DNA of 64,000 bases, from contig VJWM01000016.1 in NCBI GenBank assembly GCA_010909165.1, positions 620,001-684,000 of the forward strand, read 5' to 3'. The position numbers were made by a program, and so were the translations under genes. Each line of letters opens with the position of its first letter. Positions within the stretch are counted from its first letter, which is position 1. Under the pieces are notes generated by a model, which did no database searches, was not told where the DNA came from, and was given only the letters and a program-made list of their open reading frames with translations. Source of the DNA: Anthoceros angustus. Lineage: Eukaryota; Plantae; Anthocerotophyta. Positions 61,380-64,000 of the stretch are shown here, piece after piece.

Positions 61380-61960
61380 TTTTAAATGTTTGGGTGCTGG
61401 GAGCTCGAGGAATCCCATCAAAATATTAAACTTAATGATCGTAACAAGAAGATTGTTTATGAGTGCGCCGGTATACGCACTAACTTTCGACTCATTCCAA
61501 GTTCGGCATGTCTCCACCTCCGATCATGCTGTGATCATCACGAAGCAGCCAAGGAGAGAGCCGCAGATAATATACCATGGTCTGCCCTCCTCCGGTATGA
61601 GAGGCAACCGACGTACCATGCTTCCACTGCAGTGGCGTGGATGAACCAGTTGTTCATGTTAATCGCAGAGCGGATGCCGAATGTTGAATCGTATCACCTT
61701 CCTGACTCTTATACCAAAGGAGAAATATTTCAAGAGTACAAGCAACAAATGCAATGTGCAGCGTACAATATTTCACCTCCTACTTTTGCCGATTGTGGCG
61801 AATCACTTCCCAGTAATCCCAAAAATAATCGTTTTGCGGCTTGTGCTACATCGACTACCTTAAGCGGAAGATCGGAGGCGAGAAAGAGCGGAGCGAGAAA
61901 GATCGGGAGGCGATGTGGCGCGACTTTCGGCGACCGGTAGGCGCACAATCCGTGTCGTTG
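61380..61960 (+). pseudogene. Fragment resembling the N-terminal region of a Chapaev / non-plant EnSpm (DUF7869-like) CMC transposase
   Basis: TAVAWMNQLF..IAERMP...YHLPDSYTKGEIFQEY...ISPPTF...PKNNRFAAC resembles the AW..MP..HLP..TK..Y..F..RF..CxxC pattern, from memory. Confidence 0.55.
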
Positions 61961-63799
61961 TAGTAAGGAGTCCGTTCGAGAGAATGAAGCTGGTTTCGCG
62001 TTTAAAGATCCTTACTTTGCGTCCGCTCAACTTTAACACACGCAATCGTCGTTTTGCGTCTAACTACTCATAACGTTCACCGAACAGGCCCGGTGTGGCC
62101 AAACGTTTAAGGACCCGTTTGCGTCCGTATCGTTTCCGCACGTCACTCGTCCCTTAAGTCCGTTCCTCTCATCACTCTCACTACGCTCATCAACCTTGGA
62201 AAAGAACGCAAGTGGCTACACAGTCCGGACCTCCTCCGTTGCTCAACCGGGCCTCTCCGTCCGGGCTCTGCACGCCCTCCCGGAGTTCCTCCGGCTCCGG
62301 TCCCGTCGCTGGCCAGGCTGCTGCGAACACGGGTCCCGGTCGCTCTTCCTGCACACACCACGTTAGGGTCCGTCACGGGACCTTGATCGATCTCCGGGAG
62401 TTGCACGTGACTCGGGACTCACGTTAACAAGAAGACACACAAGGTGCAAGCGGCATCAACACCAAGAGAAGATGATTTATTCCGAGCAGCCTCAGCCCTC
62501 TTATACTACGCCCAAGTCGGCGTCTTTATTACACCTATGGTGGTGGCCACCAAGACGCTGTCGGCCGCCTACCATCCTATTCCTCCCCTCCTATCTCCTT
62601 CGTCGGCGGTGGGCACAGGAAGGTCACAGGTTCCGTCTATTGGTGGTCCAATCTCCCGTCACGGCAGTTGCAGGCGCGCAATCGGATGATCCGCGAGGCG
62701 GACCTTCCTCTTCCGGGAATCACAGCCGGGTTGGGCTCGGCGGTCGGCGACACCGTTACCACAACACCTTGGTGAGCAAGTTCCGATGGACAATGATCCC
62801 TCTGACCCTCACTCTGTCCGGCTCGAATGTCAGCACTACGTGAAGTGCATGGCAAGTCTTGCTTACAAACGCTTGCGCGGGATGCCGGAGAACTCTATTT
62901 GCATGTGAGAGCTAGCCGCTATGTACTCATTCTTGATTTGAACTTTCCAAGGATTCCAAGGGACTTAGCGATGCGAAATCTTAAGCTTCCCTCTTAGAGT
63001 ATATGTAACTACAATTCTTTCAAGGTTACTTCTGTCCATACTTGCATGCTAGCAGCTGGGAAATAACGTCATTGGGATCCAGTGGAAAGCCAAGACCAGT
63101 TGCACTAAGCACAAACCATTATTTTCTGCTCTTCCAGCAGTTGCAAGCGGACTTGAGGCTTGCAAGAACTAGACTTGAGGGGTGGGAGTTGAGCAATAAG
63201 CGGGCAAGCTTCCTCATCCGCATGTCGAGCAGCGAAGACTTGGGTCTTTCGTTTCCACCCTTGCCGTAAAAAACAACGGAGGTCAAAAGCGTGAAGCAAC
63301 GCTCACACTGCGGTCAAATCGTCCTGCGGTGAAGATGTGAACAGACTGGCAGACATTCCTCCTCCGTCCGTTTGAAGCAATGATTGCTCTCTCGACTTTG
63401 ACACAGGTGAAACATTTCCGTCGGGCCAGCCCGCTATTCAAGGTCACCATGTTCTCCACCCCAGGCGCTAATGGTCACTGTGCTCTTAATGCAAGCACGG
63501 AAACCGAAGCGCCAACTCACCATGGTGAGCATGTCACATCGCAGTGGTCATGCCATCGCTCTCATCCACTCTCCCGTTCGGCGCGACGGCATTTCGCGCG
63601 CCCATCGCTGCTTCACTAACCCTAATATAACGTATAATATAGCTATATCGTATGTACTCTATATTGTACCCATATGTCTACGTATTCCTGAACCCGTCTT
63701 TAGTTTGAAGAAGTGCAAACTCACGAAAGTGCCTATCCCCGCCATCGCGAGGCAGCTCAGGCGGCCGTGACAGAGCAAATAGAGAAGACAATCCCATAG

Positions 63800-64000
63800 A
63801 ACGTCGTCCCCCCCTGGCCCCCCAGTGGGTCCCCTCCCGGTAGGGCCACCGACTGACTGCTCCCCCAGCGTAAGTCGGAGGGGACTCCTCCTTGCTTCCT
63901 GAGTCCGGACCTCGGGGTCCGGTCTCGACTCCGGAGTCTGAACTTCGGGAGTCTGCCTTATTCCCTGAGTCCGGTCTGCCGGGTCCGGTCTCATCTCTGG
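63800..64000. repeat. GC-rich cluster of GTCCGG(A/T)CT / GGAGTCTG motifs, possibly subterminal repeats of an element running out of the window
   Basis: Five or more copies in 200 bp. Confidence 0.5.

Noticed and set aside
1-64000. rRNA, tRNA or prokaryotic operons
   Set aside because: No recognisable conserved RNA sequence was seen; the alternative-start ORFs in the track are artefacts of a bacterial-style caller.

Overview
Eukaryotic nuclear DNA, probably green-plant lineage (plant-type EnSpm domains, tRNA-iMet-primed copia, GT-AG introns). No rRNA, tRNA or CRISPR was found. The first ~45 kb and last ~5 kb are mostly transposon-derived. (1) A 20.5-kb EnSpm/CACTA-type element (2482-23010) has 24-bp TIRs reading CCCTA rather than CACTA, an AAA TSD and a frameshifted TnpD. 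(2) It lies between an unknown multi-exon minus-strand gene (566-2122) and an intron-rich Crypton/DUF3504-type tyrosine recombinase gene (27618-~32020) with a KxxR catalytic box; these two genes may be one ~12-kb divergent two-gene element. (3) A diverged duplicated pair of small secreted-peptide-like genes (34470-34802, ~36430-36851). (4) A full-length copia (36931-43391), a 34-bp minisatellite, further copia remnants and a Chapaev/DUF7869-like transposase fragment. Two clean host-like genes converge at 46.6-58.9 kb: one with ~30-aa FGRxATxVT repeats and a ~2,590-aa coiled coil built from 165-aa and 109-aa modules that differ by exactly 8 heptads. The TE-derived parts show many adjacent ~0.5-1.5-kb near-identical duplications and 1-2-bp indels that may be assembly or polishing artefacts, so frameshifts there are not proof of decay. 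Family assignments come from motifs recognised by eye; no searches were run, and coordinates of degenerate features are approximate.
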